Source of the DNA: an uncultured Acidimicrobiaceae bacterium
Lineage (GTDB): Bacteria > Actinomycetota > Acidimicrobiia > Acidimicrobiales > UBA10347
Assembly: GCA_964513315.1 (NCBI GenBank)
Contig: CAZEMU010000001.1
Location: 38,047 to 99,465 of the forward strand
Direction of reading: 5' to 3'
Length of the DNA: 61,419 nt
Shown: in pieces, positions 24,878 to 34,859 of the stretch
Numbering within the stretch: the first letter of the stretch is position 1
Layout of the letters: each line of letters begins with the position of its first letter
Notes under the pieces: model-generated
Database searches by the model: none
What the model was told of the DNA's origin: nothing
The model's input: the letters and a program-made list of their open reading frames with translations, nothing else
Position numbers and translations under genes: made by a program

Positions 24878-25664
24878 ACGTATGCATGTCGACGGCGATG
24901 CCGTAGTGGTCGCTTGGGACCTTGCCGTCGACAGCGTCGGTGCCGAAGAGGGTGGCCGATTGGGGGTTGCCTCGTGGTCGGTCCTTGCGGGGCCAGCCGA
25001 TGAGCACATAGTCCAGACGACGGTTCGGCCAGGCCGAGGTGTTTACGTACGGGTTGTCTGATGACCAGGTGATGCCGTCACCGTCACCGCATTGCTCCCA
25101 GCAGTCGGTCCAGATTCGGCCCTTCACGTAGGGCTTCGAGCGTCCGTTGAGGCGGCGGAACTCGTCGCTGTCGGGCACGGTGTTGAGGTCACCGACCAGT
25201 ACCGGTGGCATGTCGCCGACGTTGAGGGTTTCGATGAACTCGGAGACGTCTTGGAGCTGGTCCATTCGGATCTCGGACTCGTCGTAGCCGAAGTTCAAGT
25301 GGGTCGTGAAGAAGGGGAGCACACCCTCTGGTGTGGCGATGAGGGTGCCGAGCACGGTGCGGTACTTGCGGCCCCGGCCGTCATCGAGGAACCGGTGTTC
25401 AGCGTCGAGGATCGGCCAGCGCGAGAGCACCGCATTGCCCATGCCCTTTTCGGGGTCATCGGGTGCTTCCTCGGGGCGATTGCCGACCCAGGACTGTTCG
25501 AAGCTCAGTGCTTCGGCGAGCCGCTCGACCTGACCGGGCCAGCTCTCTTGTACCCCGATCACGTCAGCAGCGACCGTTTCGAGTGTCTTGAGAATGCCTG
25601 GCTGGCGTGCTTCGTATTCGCCGAACTGCCAGCGAAGATTCCAAGTTGCCAAGCGGATCGTCAT
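24876..25664 (-). CDS. Endonuclease/exonuclease/phosphatase (EEP) family protein
   Basis: 262 aa counted from ATG 25664 (MTIRLATWNLRW..., GVQE, VGDLN, SDHYGI). The 442-aa track ORF has an Arg/His-rich N-terminal extension that overlaps the MFS gene and is probably not translated. Confidence 0.75.
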   Translation of the reverse strand: MTIRLATWNLRWQFGEYEARQPGILKTLETVAADVIGVQESWPGQVERLAEALSFEQSWVGNRPEEAPDDPEKGMGNAVLSRWPILDAEHRFLDDGRGRKYRTVLGTLIATPEGVLPFFTTHLNFGYDESEIRMDQLQDVSEFIETLNVGDMPPVLVGDLNTVPDSDEFRRLNGRSKPYVKGRIWTDCWEQCGDGDGITWSSDNPYVNTSAWPNRRLDYVLIGWPRKDRPRGNPQSATLFGTDAVDGKVPSDHYGIAVDMHT

Positions 25665-25717
25665 GCGTCGAGTTTGGCGGCCGCCGTGGTCTTCGACACA
25701 GCCCAGAGCGGCAGGAT

Positions 25718-26935
25718 CTATGCGATGGCCTCGACCGGGTCCTGCTCGTCGACCGAGTGAATGGACCAGGCTTGGGGCCCGGCGACCAACATGCCGATCG
25801 TGCCCATGATGAGCACCGTTCCAGCACCGACCCAATACGCGGTCTGTTGCCCGTAGGTCTCGTAGGTCCAGCCGGCGATCGGCGCCATGATGCCAGCGCC
25901 GAGTGCTTGCATGCCGCCGAGGATGCCTTGGGCGCCCGCTTGGCGATGCTCGGGAACCGTGATGCCAACGGCGACGCCGCTGGCAGCGAAGGTGAGTCCA
26001 TCGGTGATCGCGTGGCCCATCGTGAACGCAAAGATGATGGCGCCGACCGTCAAGAGCCCGTACAGGCCCATGAACAGCGATGCGGCAACGAGTCCGATGA
26101 TGGCGATGCGGAACGGACCCCGACGCTGCGCCAACTTGCCAGCGAAGGGGCCGAGCAACACAAGCGGGATTGCGAACAGAGCAATGCCGAGGTTGGCCAT
26201 CCACTCAGGAGTGTCGAGGTCGCTATGCACGACGTCCCACAGCGCATCAAAGCAACCGATCATCACGAAGGTCGCCGTGCCAAGTATCACGGCGCCAGCG
26301 AATGGTCGAATGCGAAGTAGATCGAAGGCGAACCGGCTCGGTTCGATGTCGAGGTCTTGGTTCTCTTCGACCTTGGTGAGCACGAGCACTGCGGCGATGA
26401 CGTTGGCCGCGGCGACGACGACGAAGGGGCCGGGGATGCCGAGTGGGCCGACAAGAATCGCGGAGATCACGGGGCCGATCGCGAAACCGGCGACGTCGGT
26501 CGAGAACAAGATGCCGAGGTTGCGGCCCACATCTTCTCGCGATTGCACGACGACGAATCGTTTGAGCGGCGGGATGGCTGCACCGATACCGAGACCGGAG
26601 ATGACGCGCCCGATGAGGAGCACTGTTGTCGTCGTGCCGAACCCGAGCATGAGGAGACCGATGACGTTCGCGGCGGTGCCTCCAACGATCATGAGCTTGG
26701 CCCGACCTCGATCGCCCAAGGGGCCGAGCAGTGTCTGCGCGACGAAGGCGACGAGGAACCCGACGCCGATGATCAGACCGATCATTGACTCGCTAATTCC
26801 GTACTCGTCGCGATAGTCGCCGACGAGCGTGAACAGCGTGCCGTAGCCCGACGACAGGGCCGCGGACATCGCAAACAGCGACCAGTGAACCTGGGTTCCC
26901 TGTTCTGCGCTTGTCTCGGCGTCGCCCTCGGTCAC
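25718..26935 (-). CDS. MFS transporter
   Basis: 405 aa, roughly 12 hydrophobic segments, loop motif GPLGDRGRAK. GTG start. Confidence 0.75.
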   Translation of the reverse strand: MTEGDAETSAEQGTQVHWSLFAMSAALSSGYGTLFTLVGDYRDEYGISESMIGLIIGVGFLVAFVAQTLLGPLGDRGRAKLMIVGGTAANVIGLLMLGFGTTTTVLLIGRVISGLGIGAAIPPLKRFVVVQSREDVGRNLGILFSTDVAGFAIGPVISAILVGPLGIPGPFVVVAAANVIAAVLVLTKVEENQDLDIEPSRFAFDLLRIRPFAGAVILGTATFVMIGCFDALWDVVHSDLDTPEWMANLGIALFAIPLVLLGPFAGKLAQRRGPFRIAIIGLVAASLFMGLYGLLTVGAIIFAFTMGHAITDGLTFAASGVAVGITVPEHRQAGAQGILGGMQALGAGIMAPIAGWTYETYGQQTAYWVGAGTVLIMGTIGMLVAGPQAWSIHSVDEQDPVEAIA

Positions 26936-26961
26936 CGGGGCAGGCTACGCCGCTCGCTCGG

Positions 26962-29622
26962 CTAGACCGCGATCGTTTGGTCGATCTGCACCTTGCGGCG
27001 CCACGGCGTGCGGATCTTGTCCCGCAGCCATTCGAACGCCAGGTAGTAGTACGGGAACGACACGAGCACGAGCAGCGTGCTCGAGAGCAAGCCGAAGATG
27101 ATCGTGAAGCCCAGTGCTTCCCAGAACGGATCCGACAACGCGAGCGGAAGCACACCGGCCACGGTCGTCAGCGTCGTGGCAATAAGTGGGCGGAATCGGC
27201 GACGAACGGCCTCGGCGATCGCTTCTTGACGAGTTGCGCCGAGCGCTCGTTCCTGGTTGGCGAAGTCGGTCAGCAGGATCGTGTTGTTGACCGCGATGCC
27301 GATCAGGCCGAGTAGGCCGAGCATCACGAAGAAGCTGATCTGGTTGTTGGTGAGTAGCAGGCCACCGAACACGCCGAAGAAGCTGAACGGGATCGCCAAG
27401 AACACCAGTAGCCACTGGATCGAGCTGCGGAACTGGATGACCAACAGGATCAGCATGAGGCCGAGAGCGATCATGAATGCCCGAGGCATCGAGCTGAACG
27501 ACTCTTGGTTGTCGCTCTCAAGGCCGAAGTCAAAGCCGAGCGCATCAGCTTCGAGTCCGAGGCCAGCGAGTGCGGCCGTGTCGAACTCTTGCTCGATGAA
27601 CGCCTGCGTTTCGGCGGTGACCGTGGTGATGTCATCGGCGTCGAATCGCGCTTGGACCTCGACGTAACGACGACCGTCTTGGCGGGTGATCGAATCGAGC
27701 AGCGTGATCTGGGTCTCGACGACCTGGAACGTCGTGTTGTTCGGGCGGGCGATCTCGGCGCCATCGATCGCTGTCCGAATCGCTTCTGCGCCGTTCAACA
27801 ACGATGCATCATCGTTTGCGAAGAGCTGCATCGTGAACGGGAACAGCAGTTCAGGTGGGCCTGCCGATTGCTGGTTGAACACCACGCGCGCGCCGTCGAT
27901 CTCGTCGGCGAGGGGCTGCAACACGTCTTCGACGATGATCGGAGCGCGGTCGCGTCCACCCATTGGGGTGAGTTCGAACTGGGCGCTCGCTCCCCGGCTG
28001 GTACCGAGATACGTATAGACCCGTTCGAGGTCGCCGCCGAGCGCGTCGGCCGCGGCCTGGTTGGTCGCACGGGCGATCGCCTCGGCTTCTTCGGTCGTCG
28101 TACCGGGATCGAAGGTGTATTCGACCGCAACGAAGTTCGAGTCCTTCTGTGGCGGGAAGATGTTGAAGCCGACGTTCGGTGCGAACACGAACAAGCCGAT
28201 GCCGGTCAGCAAGATGCTGAACAGGAACCCAGCCATGCCGATCGCGATGCCCGTGCCGCCGGTCTTGAGCGGAAGCGAGGCGGTCGCGTCGGCCATGCGG
28301 TCTTGGAACCGGGCGATCGGACCGGCCGCAGGCGGCGCAGGCAACACCAGGTAGCGGGCGGCCAGCGGGATGATGATCAGTGACAGCAGCAGCGAAACGG
28401 AAAGGGCGATGATCACCGAGATCGGCAGGATGCGGATGAAGTCGCCGAGCACGCCGCTGATCGCGAGCATCGGCGCGAACACGAGAAGCGTCGTGATGGT
28501 GCCAGACACCGAGGCGGCGCCGACACGCTTGATCGCGTGCCCGATGATGTCGATCGCGTCGTCGCCGTCTCTGAACGCGTCAATGGCCTCGGTGATCACG
28601 ATCGAGTCATCGACAAAGAGACCGAGCGCCAAGATCACGCCGAACAGCGAAATGGTGGACAGGCTGATGCCGACGATCCAGAGCACACCCATCGTGACGG
28701 CGATGACCGTGAGAAGGAAGACGGCGGTGATGATCGAGGCTCGCCACGAGATCAGTAGCAGCGCGATCAAGGCGACCGCGATGACACCGGTCAACACGTT
28801 GGACTGCAACGAGCTGATCTGCTGACGAATCAGGGTTGCTTGGTCGAGTGCGACGACCGCATCGAAGCCAGCGGGCAGAGCGCCCGCGTTGTCGATGGTG
28901 CTGATGACCGAGTCGGTCGCATCGCGAATGCCGAGTGAGTCGACGCCCTCGGCAGACACGAGGCCGATTGCAATGCTCGGTACCAGCTCGGCGTCAGCCC
29001 CTGTGCCCACGCTCAGCTGGTTGAAGCGGGCGACACGTGACACGGCTTCGCCCGTCGCCGGGTCGATGCCACGATCGCTGAGGTCGAGGACCTCGACACG
29101 CGCGATGTCGCCGTTGTCTGCGAAGAAGGGAACGAGGTCTTCGGCCGCAGCTTGAAGATCAGCAGGCGTTGCCGTGCCATCGCTATGTACGCCGACGAGC
29201 AAGTCGAACTCGTTGAGGAATCGAGCTGCGTCGACGGGCTCAGCGGAGAAGTCGACCTCGGTGGGGATATTGGCGCGGGCGACAGCCTCGTCAATGAGCG
29301 CAGCGCCTTCGGCTGAGGTGACGGTCTCTTCGAACTCGCCAACGATCGTGAAGATGCTCGGACGAGCGATCGTCGTGACGGTGGTGACCCGTTCGTCTTC
29401 GAGAAGATCTTCGGCGATCGGCGTCACGAGCGCATCGACCTGCTCTTCGTCATCGACGAACCACACACCATTGCCGAGCGCAATCGGAATGTCGACTGGT
29501 GGGAAACCCTCGCGTGGCAGTAGGGACAGGTACGAGACCGTGCCGAAGATGAAGAGGCCGATCCACAGGATCAGGGTCACTGCAGAACGGCGGGCGAAAA
29601 ACTGGACGAACCTACTGAGCAT
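26962..29622 (-). CDS. RND-superfamily efflux transporter permease (AcrB/AcrD/AcrF-like)
   Basis: 886 aa. It has an AcrB-like N-terminus (FARRSAVTLILWIGLFIFG...LPREGFPPVDIP), two large loop regions and two TM bundles. No adaptor or outer-membrane factor gene is adjacent. Confidence 0.7.
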   Translation of the reverse strand: MLSRFVQFFARRSAVTLILWIGLFIFGTVSYLSLLPREGFPPVDIPIALGNGVWFVDDEEQVDALVTPIAEDLLEDERVTTVTTIARPSIFTIVGEFEETVTSAEGAALIDEAVARANIPTEVDFSAEPVDAARFLNEFDLLVGVHSDGTATPADLQAAAEDLVPFFADNGDIARVEVLDLSDRGIDPATGEAVSRVARFNQLSVGTGADAELVPSIAIGLVSAEGVDSLGIRDATDSVISTIDNAGALPAGFDAVVALDQATLIRQQISSLQSNVLTGVIAVALIALLLISWRASIITAVFLLTVIAVTMGVLWIVGISLSTISLFGVILALGLFVDDSIVITEAIDAFRDGDDAIDIIGHAIKRVGAASVSGTITTLLVFAPMLAISGVLGDFIRILPISVIIALSVSLLLSLIIIPLAARYLVLPAPPAAGPIARFQDRMADATASLPLKTGGTGIAIGMAGFLFSILLTGIGLFVFAPNVGFNIFPPQKDSNFVAVEYTFDPGTTTEEAEAIARATNQAAADALGGDLERVYTYLGTSRGASAQFELTPMGGRDRAPIIVEDVLQPLADEIDGARVVFNQQSAGPPELLFPFTMQLFANDDASLLNGAEAIRTAIDGAEIARPNNTTFQVVETQITLLDSITRQDGRRYVEVQARFDADDITTVTAETQAFIEQEFDTAALAGLGLEADALGFDFGLESDNQESFSSMPRAFMIALGLMLILLVIQFRSSIQWLLVFLAIPFSFFGVFGGLLLTNNQISFFVMLGLLGLIGIAVNNTILLTDFANQERALGATRQEAIAEAVRRRFRPLIATTLTTVAGVLPLALSDPFWEALGFTIIFGLLSSTLLVLVSFPYYYLAFEWLRDKIRTPWRRKVQIDQTIAV

Positions 29623-29771
29623 CGGGGCGAACTCCGTGGATGCACGCGCACCGAGGGGGCAGACGCGCGGGATGGCGGGGGGTGTCCCGAACGGTAGTCA
29701 GGTGTCCCTAGGTCCGCGATGCTGAACAGCATCGGTGTGACCGATGCCCGGCCGTCTGCCACCATGGTCGA

Positions 29772-30395
29772 GTGCTGTTTGTTTTTGGCTGGCGCCCGCG
29801 CTCGAAGACGGTCGACACCGGGGTTTTCCACTGCCCTCGCGAAGGCGGGGACCGTGGCTACGAGTTCAAGGAGTCGCGCCGTTGGTTCACGCTGTTCTTC
29901 GTCCCGGTGATTCCGCTCAACGAGCTGGGCGACTACGTCGAGTGCACGAGCTGCAACTCGACCTTCTACCCGTCAGTGCTCGAGGAACGAACGACGGGAC
30001 AGATCCAGGACATCACGACGATCGCGATCCGTCACGTGGCGGTGGCGATGCTGCATGCTGACGGAGGCGTGGACCGGCGCGAGCGGGAGGCTGCATTGGC
30101 CGTCGTGCAGCGTTTCGCATCCACGCCGTACGGCGAACATGACCTCGAGGCAGACCTCGGTTCGCTTGCGGCGAGTGATCTCACCGATCACCTCCAAGAA
30201 CTCGGCTCCATCTTGAGCCCCGACGGTCGTGAGAACGTTCTGACGAGCGCTGTGTACCTGGCCGGCTCCGATGGCCATATCGACCCCGAGGAAATGGCAG
30301 TCGCCCGGCGGATCGGACGAGCGCTCACCATGAGTAGCGCCCACATCGAAGGAACCGTGCAGCAGGAACTGGGCCGCCTCGGCCTCACGAACTAG
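29772..30395 (+). CDS. Zinc-ribbon plus TerB-like domain protein
   Basis: 207 aa. N-terminal CP....C.SC zinc-ribbon module with FTLFFVPVIPL, and a C-terminal TerB-like helical region (VAVAMLHADGGVDRREREA, AGSDGHIDPEEMAV). GTG start. Confidence 0.5.
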   Translation: MLFVFGWRPRSKTVDTGVFHCPREGGDRGYEFKESRRWFTLFFVPVIPLNELGDYVECTSCNSTFYPSVLEERTTGQIQDITTIAIRHVAVAMLHADGGVDRREREAALAVVQRFASTPYGEHDLEADLGSLAASDLTDHLQELGSILSPDGRENVLTSAVYLAGSDGHIDPEEMAVARRIGRALTMSSAHIEGTVQQELGRLGLTN

Positions 30396-30434
30396 CGGGA
30401 CAGCCAGGCTCAGGCTCCTCGCTACGGTGACGTC

Positions 30435-31553
30435 ATGAAGATAGAGCCGTTCGGCGTCGAGCTGTGGATGAACGAGTATGAGAACCACTGCGCGCACAAC
30501 CTGGCCGAAACCTGCGTGGCTTCGCTCACCGTCAACCAGCTGCTCGAGCTGACCGGCGTGGGCCCAGCTGCATTCGCCGAGATCGCGAACATGAAGCTGA
30601 CCTACGGCGCCATCCAAGGTTCGGACCGGCTCCGCGCCGCGATCGCTGCGCTTTACGACACCGTCGAGCCATCGAACGTTGTCGTCACGCATGGCGCCAT
30701 CGGCGCAAACAAGCTGGTGCACGAGACGCTCGTGGAGCCGGGCGATCGAGTGATCTCCGTGCAACCGACCTACCAGCAGCACTACTCGATCCCCGCGAGC
30801 TACGGCGCCGACGTGCAGATCCTCACGCTTCGAGCGGACAACTCGTTTCTGCCCGACCTCGACGAGCTTCGCGAGCTTGCGACGGCCAACACAAAACTGA
30901 TTGCGATCAACAACCCGAACAACCCGACCGGTTCACTGATGGACGCAGCGATGTTGGCCGAGATCGGCCAGATCGCCGCAACCGTCGGCGCACGGGTCCT
31001 GTGTGACGAGGTCTACCGAGGCATGAACCAAGAGGGCGATGGAACCGGAGCTTCGGTTGCCGACGTCATCCCAGGAGCCATCAGCACTGGCAGTATGTCC
31101 AAAGCGTTCTCGCTGGCCGGGCTGCGGCTTGGCTGGATCGCGGCGCCGGTCGACACGATCGAGGCGATCAGCTTCCATCGCGACTACAGCACGATCAGCG
31201 TTGGGATGATCGACGACTACCTGGCTGCCATCGCGCTCGAACACGCGCCCGCGATCCTCGAACGCAGCCGGTCGATCACTCGGAAGAACCTCGCGATTCT
31301 GAGCGACTGGGTCGACGCCGAACCGCGCATCTCCTGGGTGAAGCCCAAGGCGGGGACCACTGCGCTCCTGCGCTACGACATCGACCTGCCGTCACGCGAC
31401 TTCTGCGTCCAGCTGCTCGACCAGACCGGCGTGATGTTCACGCCCGGCAGCGCGTTGGCGATCGAGGGTCACGTGCGGGTCGGCTACGCCAACACCGACG
31501 ATGTCCTCAGCGCGGGCCTTCCAAAGGTCTCCGAGTTCCTCCGCCAGTTCTGA
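30435..31553 (+). CDS. Class I/II PLP-dependent aminotransferase
   Basis: 372 aa. NNPNNPTG and SMSKAFSLAGLRLGW (PLP lysine) motifs. Confidence 0.8.
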   Translation: MKIEPFGVELWMNEYENHCAHNLAETCVASLTVNQLLELTGVGPAAFAEIANMKLTYGAIQGSDRLRAAIAALYDTVEPSNVVVTHGAIGANKLVHETLVEPGDRVISVQPTYQQHYSIPASYGADVQILTLRADNSFLPDLDELRELATANTKLIAINNPNNPTGSLMDAAMLAEIGQIAATVGARVLCDEVYRGMNQEGDGTGASVADVIPGAISTGSMSKAFSLAGLRLGWIAAPVDTIEAISFHRDYSTISVGMIDDYLAAIALEHAPAILERSRSITRKNLAILSDWVDAEPRISWVKPKAGTTALLRYDIDLPSRDFCVQLLDQTGVMFTPGSALAIEGHVRVGYANTDDVLSAGLPKVSEFLRQF

Positions 31554-31559
31554 TCCCGG

Positions 31560-32048
31560 TTACAGGGGCTTTTCGAAGAAGCGGACGACGTACCCGGGTT
31601 CGTGTTCGACATCCTCGATGCCGCTCCAACCGCTGGCTTCGTGGAAGGCGACGGATTGTGGGTTCGGCGGTTCGACGTTGACCTCACACGTCAAGCGATC
31701 CCAGCCTTTGGTGCGGGCATGGTCGGCGAACGTGTCGTAGAGCTTGCCGGCGATGCCCATGCGGCGATGGGTCGGCGCGGCGATGATGCGATCGACGTAG
31801 CCGAAGTTGTCGTAGCGGTCGTCGAGCCAGCCGTAGTTGCGTGACGTGTAGTCGGCGCCGGGCGCCATAGTGACGAGCAGTCCGCCGATGACGCCCTCGT
31901 CGTCGACGGCGACCCAGGCCTTCTCACACCACTCGATGAGCTGGACGAACGAGTCCGCATCGTGTGGGTTCACCGCCGGCACGGCTGCGTTATTCAGCTC
32001 GATCAGCGCCGCGTGGTCGGCAGGCTCGACTTCACGGATCTCGATCAT
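31560..32048 (-). CDS. GNAT family N-acetyltransferase
   Basis: 162 aa. Acetyl-CoA binding motif HRRMGIAGKLY. Confidence 0.7.
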   Translation of the reverse strand: MIEIREVEPADHAALIELNNAAVPAVNPHDADSFVQLIEWCEKAWVAVDDEGVIGGLLVTMAPGADYTSRNYGWLDDRYDNFGYVDRIIAAPTHRRMGIAGKLYDTFADHARTKGWDRLTCEVNVEPPNPQSVAFHEASGWSGIEDVEHEPGYVVRFFEKPL

Positions 32049-32083
32049 GGCCGCAGCCTACGAGGGCTCTAGACGAGGTCGCC

Positions 32084-32995
32084 CTAAACGAGGTCACGCA
32101 GCTTCTTCTTGTCGACCGAGTGCTGCCAGTCCGCAAGGATCGCCCGCACCGCGGCGATGAGCGCGAGCGGCTGATCGAGTGGCACATGGTGGTACGCCTG
32201 CGGGATCTCGACCATGGGCACGGCTCGTCCGGTGAGCGTTTCCATGTGCTCTTGGACTTCGGGCGTGACGAGATCGCTGAGCTGGCCGTGCATCAACGCC
32301 AGGCGACATGTGACACGTTCGAGATAGTTCTGCTCGCTGTCGCGGTAACGCTCTGGCGAGAAGACGTTGCGGTCGAACTTCCAGGTCCACCCGTCGGCGG
32401 TTTCCTTGAGTGAGTTGCGCGCGATGTGTTCGACGATGAAGGTGTTCTCACACGGCTGGGGCGGCATGAGGAAGAAGTGCTCCATCGCCGTCTCGAGGTC
32501 GGGATACACCTTGGGGTTCTTGAACATGCGGCCCCGCTGACCCTCTTCGGATTCGGGATCGGGAGCGCGCACGGGCGAGTCGAGCACGATGGCGCCCGCA
32601 AGCTCGTGTCCGTGGCGGGCCGCCATGGCAATGGCCACGTGTCCGCCCATCGAGTGACCGACGACGATCGGGTTGGGCTGGCTGTTCGCTGCCGCCGCGA
32701 CGGCCATGACCTCGTCGGACCAGCGCTCCATCGAATAGTTGTCGCGATGAGCGCTATCACCGTGGCCCGACAAGTCGGGTGCGATGACGAAGTACTTCTG
32801 GGTGAACTGGGGCGCGATGAAGGACCACCACTGGGCGTGCGCGGCGCCGCCGTGCAACAAGATCAGGCACGGCTTGTCGACCTCGCCCCACGTCAGGTAG
32901 CTGATCGTCGCGCCTTCGAAGTCGACCGTGCTCGTCGTCGGGCGGTTGGCAATGGCCCCGGTGAACCAAGTCGGTGGTCGCGTCACAGGCGCCAC
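32084..32995 (-). CDS. Alpha/beta hydrolase
   Basis: 303 aa. HGGAAH oxyanion region and GHSMGG nucleophile elbow. GTG start. Confidence 0.75.
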   Translation of the reverse strand: MAPVTRPPTWFTGAIANRPTTSTVDFEGATISYLTWGEVDKPCLILLHGGAAHAQWWSFIAPQFTQKYFVIAPDLSGHGDSAHRDNYSMERWSDEVMAVAAAANSQPNPIVVGHSMGGHVAIAMAARHGHELAGAIVLDSPVRAPDPESEEGQRGRMFKNPKVYPDLETAMEHFFLMPPQPCENTFIVEHIARNSLKETADGWTWKFDRNVFSPERYRDSEQNYLERVTCRLALMHGQLSDLVTPEVQEHMETLTGRAVPMVEIPQAYHHVPLDQPLALIAAVRAILADWQHSVDKKKLRDLV

Positions 32996-33013
32996 GCTAG
33001 ACGCACCGGCGAC

Positions 33014-33997
33014 TTAGAGGCCCTTTCGCTTCTTGATCTCGGCGGTGATGGCGGGCACGACCTTGTGCAGGTCAGCAATGACCGCGTAGTCAGCCTTGAC
33101 GACCATGTTCGCCTCGGCGTCGGTGTTGATCGCCAGGATCCGCTTCGACGCCATGGCGCCCACCCAGTGCTGGATGGCGCCGCTGATGCCGGTCGCGATG
33201 TAGATCTCCGGAGCGATCCGGGTACCCGTCTGGCCGACCTGGTCGGTGTGGTTGCGCCAACCGAGGTTGGTCACCGCGCGGCTGCAGCCAACGCGGCCAC
33301 CGAGCAGTCCGGCGAGCTCTTCGAGCTGCTCGAAACCCTCGGCGGAACCCACGCCTCGTCCACCGGACACGACGACGGGGGCGGTCGACAAGGTCACGCC
33401 GGCCTCTTGGACATCGCGACCGCGCACGATAGTGCGGGCGAGCGAGTCGTCGAGCGTCGGCGAGAAGTCCCGCACGGTGCCAGCACCCGGCGCTGCGGCC
33501 ACTTCAGCCGCAACGGCATGGTGGCCGAAGCTGAGCAGCTTCGGGCCGTCGCCGCTGTCGAGCGTCGAGTCCTCGAGGAGCGAGCCGCCCCACTGGATGC
33601 GAGTCATTGACCACTGGCCGTCGCCGGGCGTGACCGTCATGCAGTTCGCGACGAACGGAAGATCCATCCGTGCGGCGACCTGGGCCATGACTTCGTTGCC
33701 TCGGCTCGTCCCGACCGCCATGACGGCAGTCGGCGATGCGGCTGCAATCAGCTGGACGACACTTTCGCCGTAGGCCTCGGGGCCGAAGTCGGTGAGCATC
33801 GGCGCCGTGACGTTGTGCACGACGGCGGCACCGCCAGCGGCTGCCTGGCCAGCGAGGTCGAGTGCGCCCTCGCCGATGAGTGCGGCGTGGATGTCGGCAC
33901 CCATGTCGCCGGCGAGCGTGCGAGCCGCAGTGAGCGCCTCGTCGTTCGCTTCGGACCACTTGCCGCGGTCGTGTTCGAGGATTACAAGCAGTGTCAC
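33014..33997 (-). CDS. etfA: Electron transfer flavoprotein, alpha subunit
   Basis: FAD-binding C-terminal region (GISGAIQHWVGM-like: TGISGAIQHWVGAMASKRILAINTD). I moved the start to GTG 33997 ((M)TLLVILEHD), which is preceded by GGAGA. The longer track ORF overlaps etfB. Confidence 0.85.
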   Translation of the reverse strand: MTLLVILEHDRGKWSEANDEALTAARTLAGDMGADIHAALIGEGALDLAGQAAAGGAAVVHNVTAPMLTDFGPEAYGESVVQLIAAASPTAVMAVGTSRGNEVMAQVAARMDLPFVANCMTVTPGDGQWSMTRIQWGGSLLEDSTLDSGDGPKLLSFGHHAVAAEVAAAPGAGTVRDFSPTLDDSLARTIVRGRDVQEAGVTLSTAPVVVSGGRGVGSAEGFEQLEELAGLLGGRVGCSRAVTNLGWRNHTDQVGQTGTRIAPEIYIATGISGAIQHWVGAMASKRILAINTDAEANMVVKADYAVIADLHKVVPAITAEIKKRKGL

Positions 33998-34082
33998 GAT
34001 GCTTCTCCAGGGAGCGAGGGACGAGCGACCGGGCTGAGGTGTCCGCAGAGCAGCCCGAGCGCAGCGAAGCTGCGATTGCGAA

Positions 34083-34859
34083 TCAAGACAGCACTCCGAT
34101 CTCTTCGAGGAGATCAACGATGGCAACGGCGGCCGATTCGTCGGTGCCGAGGATCTCGGTGTTGCTCGCCTGTTCAGGTGGGCGATGCAGCGTGACGAGA
34201 CCTTGGCCGCCGGCGGCGGCGTCGATCTCGGCGCTGTTCATCTCGACCTTCTTCGAGGCGAGACGGCCCTTCATCGTGGGGTAGCGAGGCAGGTTGATGC
34301 CTTCGAGGATGCCGAGCACCGCCGGGGTGGGAACCTCGTACACCTCGAAGCCACCGTCGATGGCGCGCTTGGCGGTCACCGAACCTTCGCCGGGTTCGAT
34401 GCCCTTGATGCCGTTGACGATCGGACGGCTCAGCTTGTGGGCGACGCGGACGCCGACCTGGAAGCCGCCGCTGTCGGCGCTCTCGTTGCCCATGAAGATG
34501 AGGTCGAACGGCGCGCCGTTGGCTTCCTCAGCCTGCTGGATTGCCTCGGTGAGTGCGGTGGCGGTGCGCTGGGGGTCCCAAGCGCTGCCATCGGTCGGTA
34601 CGAGGATGATGTTGTGGGCGCCGACGCTGGCGGCGTAGCGCAGCTGCTCTTCGGCTTCGACCGGACCGAGCGTCAGCACGGTGACTTCGCCACCGTCGCG
34701 TTCGCTGATCTGGACGGCTTCTTCGAGTGCGCACTCTTCGTGCGGGCTCGTGGTGAAGCCGAGGTGCGCCGCATCGACGGCCAGGCCATCGTCGGTCACA
34801 TTGATCTTGGCGCCCGGAGCGGGCACCCGCTTGACGCATACGAGAATCTTCATGCTCAT
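34083..34859 (-). CDS. etfB: Electron transfer flavoprotein, beta subunit
   Basis: 258 aa, MKILVCVKRVP N-terminus. Its start overlaps the stop of the upstream dehydrogenase (ATGA). Confidence 0.85.
   Translation of the reverse strand: MSMKILVCVKRVPAPGAKINVTDDGLAVDAAHLGFTTSPHEECALEEAVQISERDGGEVTVLTLGPVEAEEQLRYAASVGAHNIILVPTDGSAWDPQRTATALTEAIQQAEEANGAPFDLIFMGNESADSGGFQVGVRVAHKLSRPIVNGIKGIEPGEGSVTAKRAIDGGFEVYEVPTPAVLGILEGINLPRYPTMKGRLASKKVEMNSAEIDAAAGGQGLVTLHRPPEQASNTEILGTDESAAVAIVDLLEEIGVLS

Noticed and set aside
24876-26204. The 442-aa ORF as a long EEP-family protein
   Set aside because: The first 180 residues are Arg/His-rich nonsense-like sequence that overlaps the 3' end of the MFS gene in another frame. 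The conserved EEP domain starts at the internal ATG 25664 (MTIRLATWNL).
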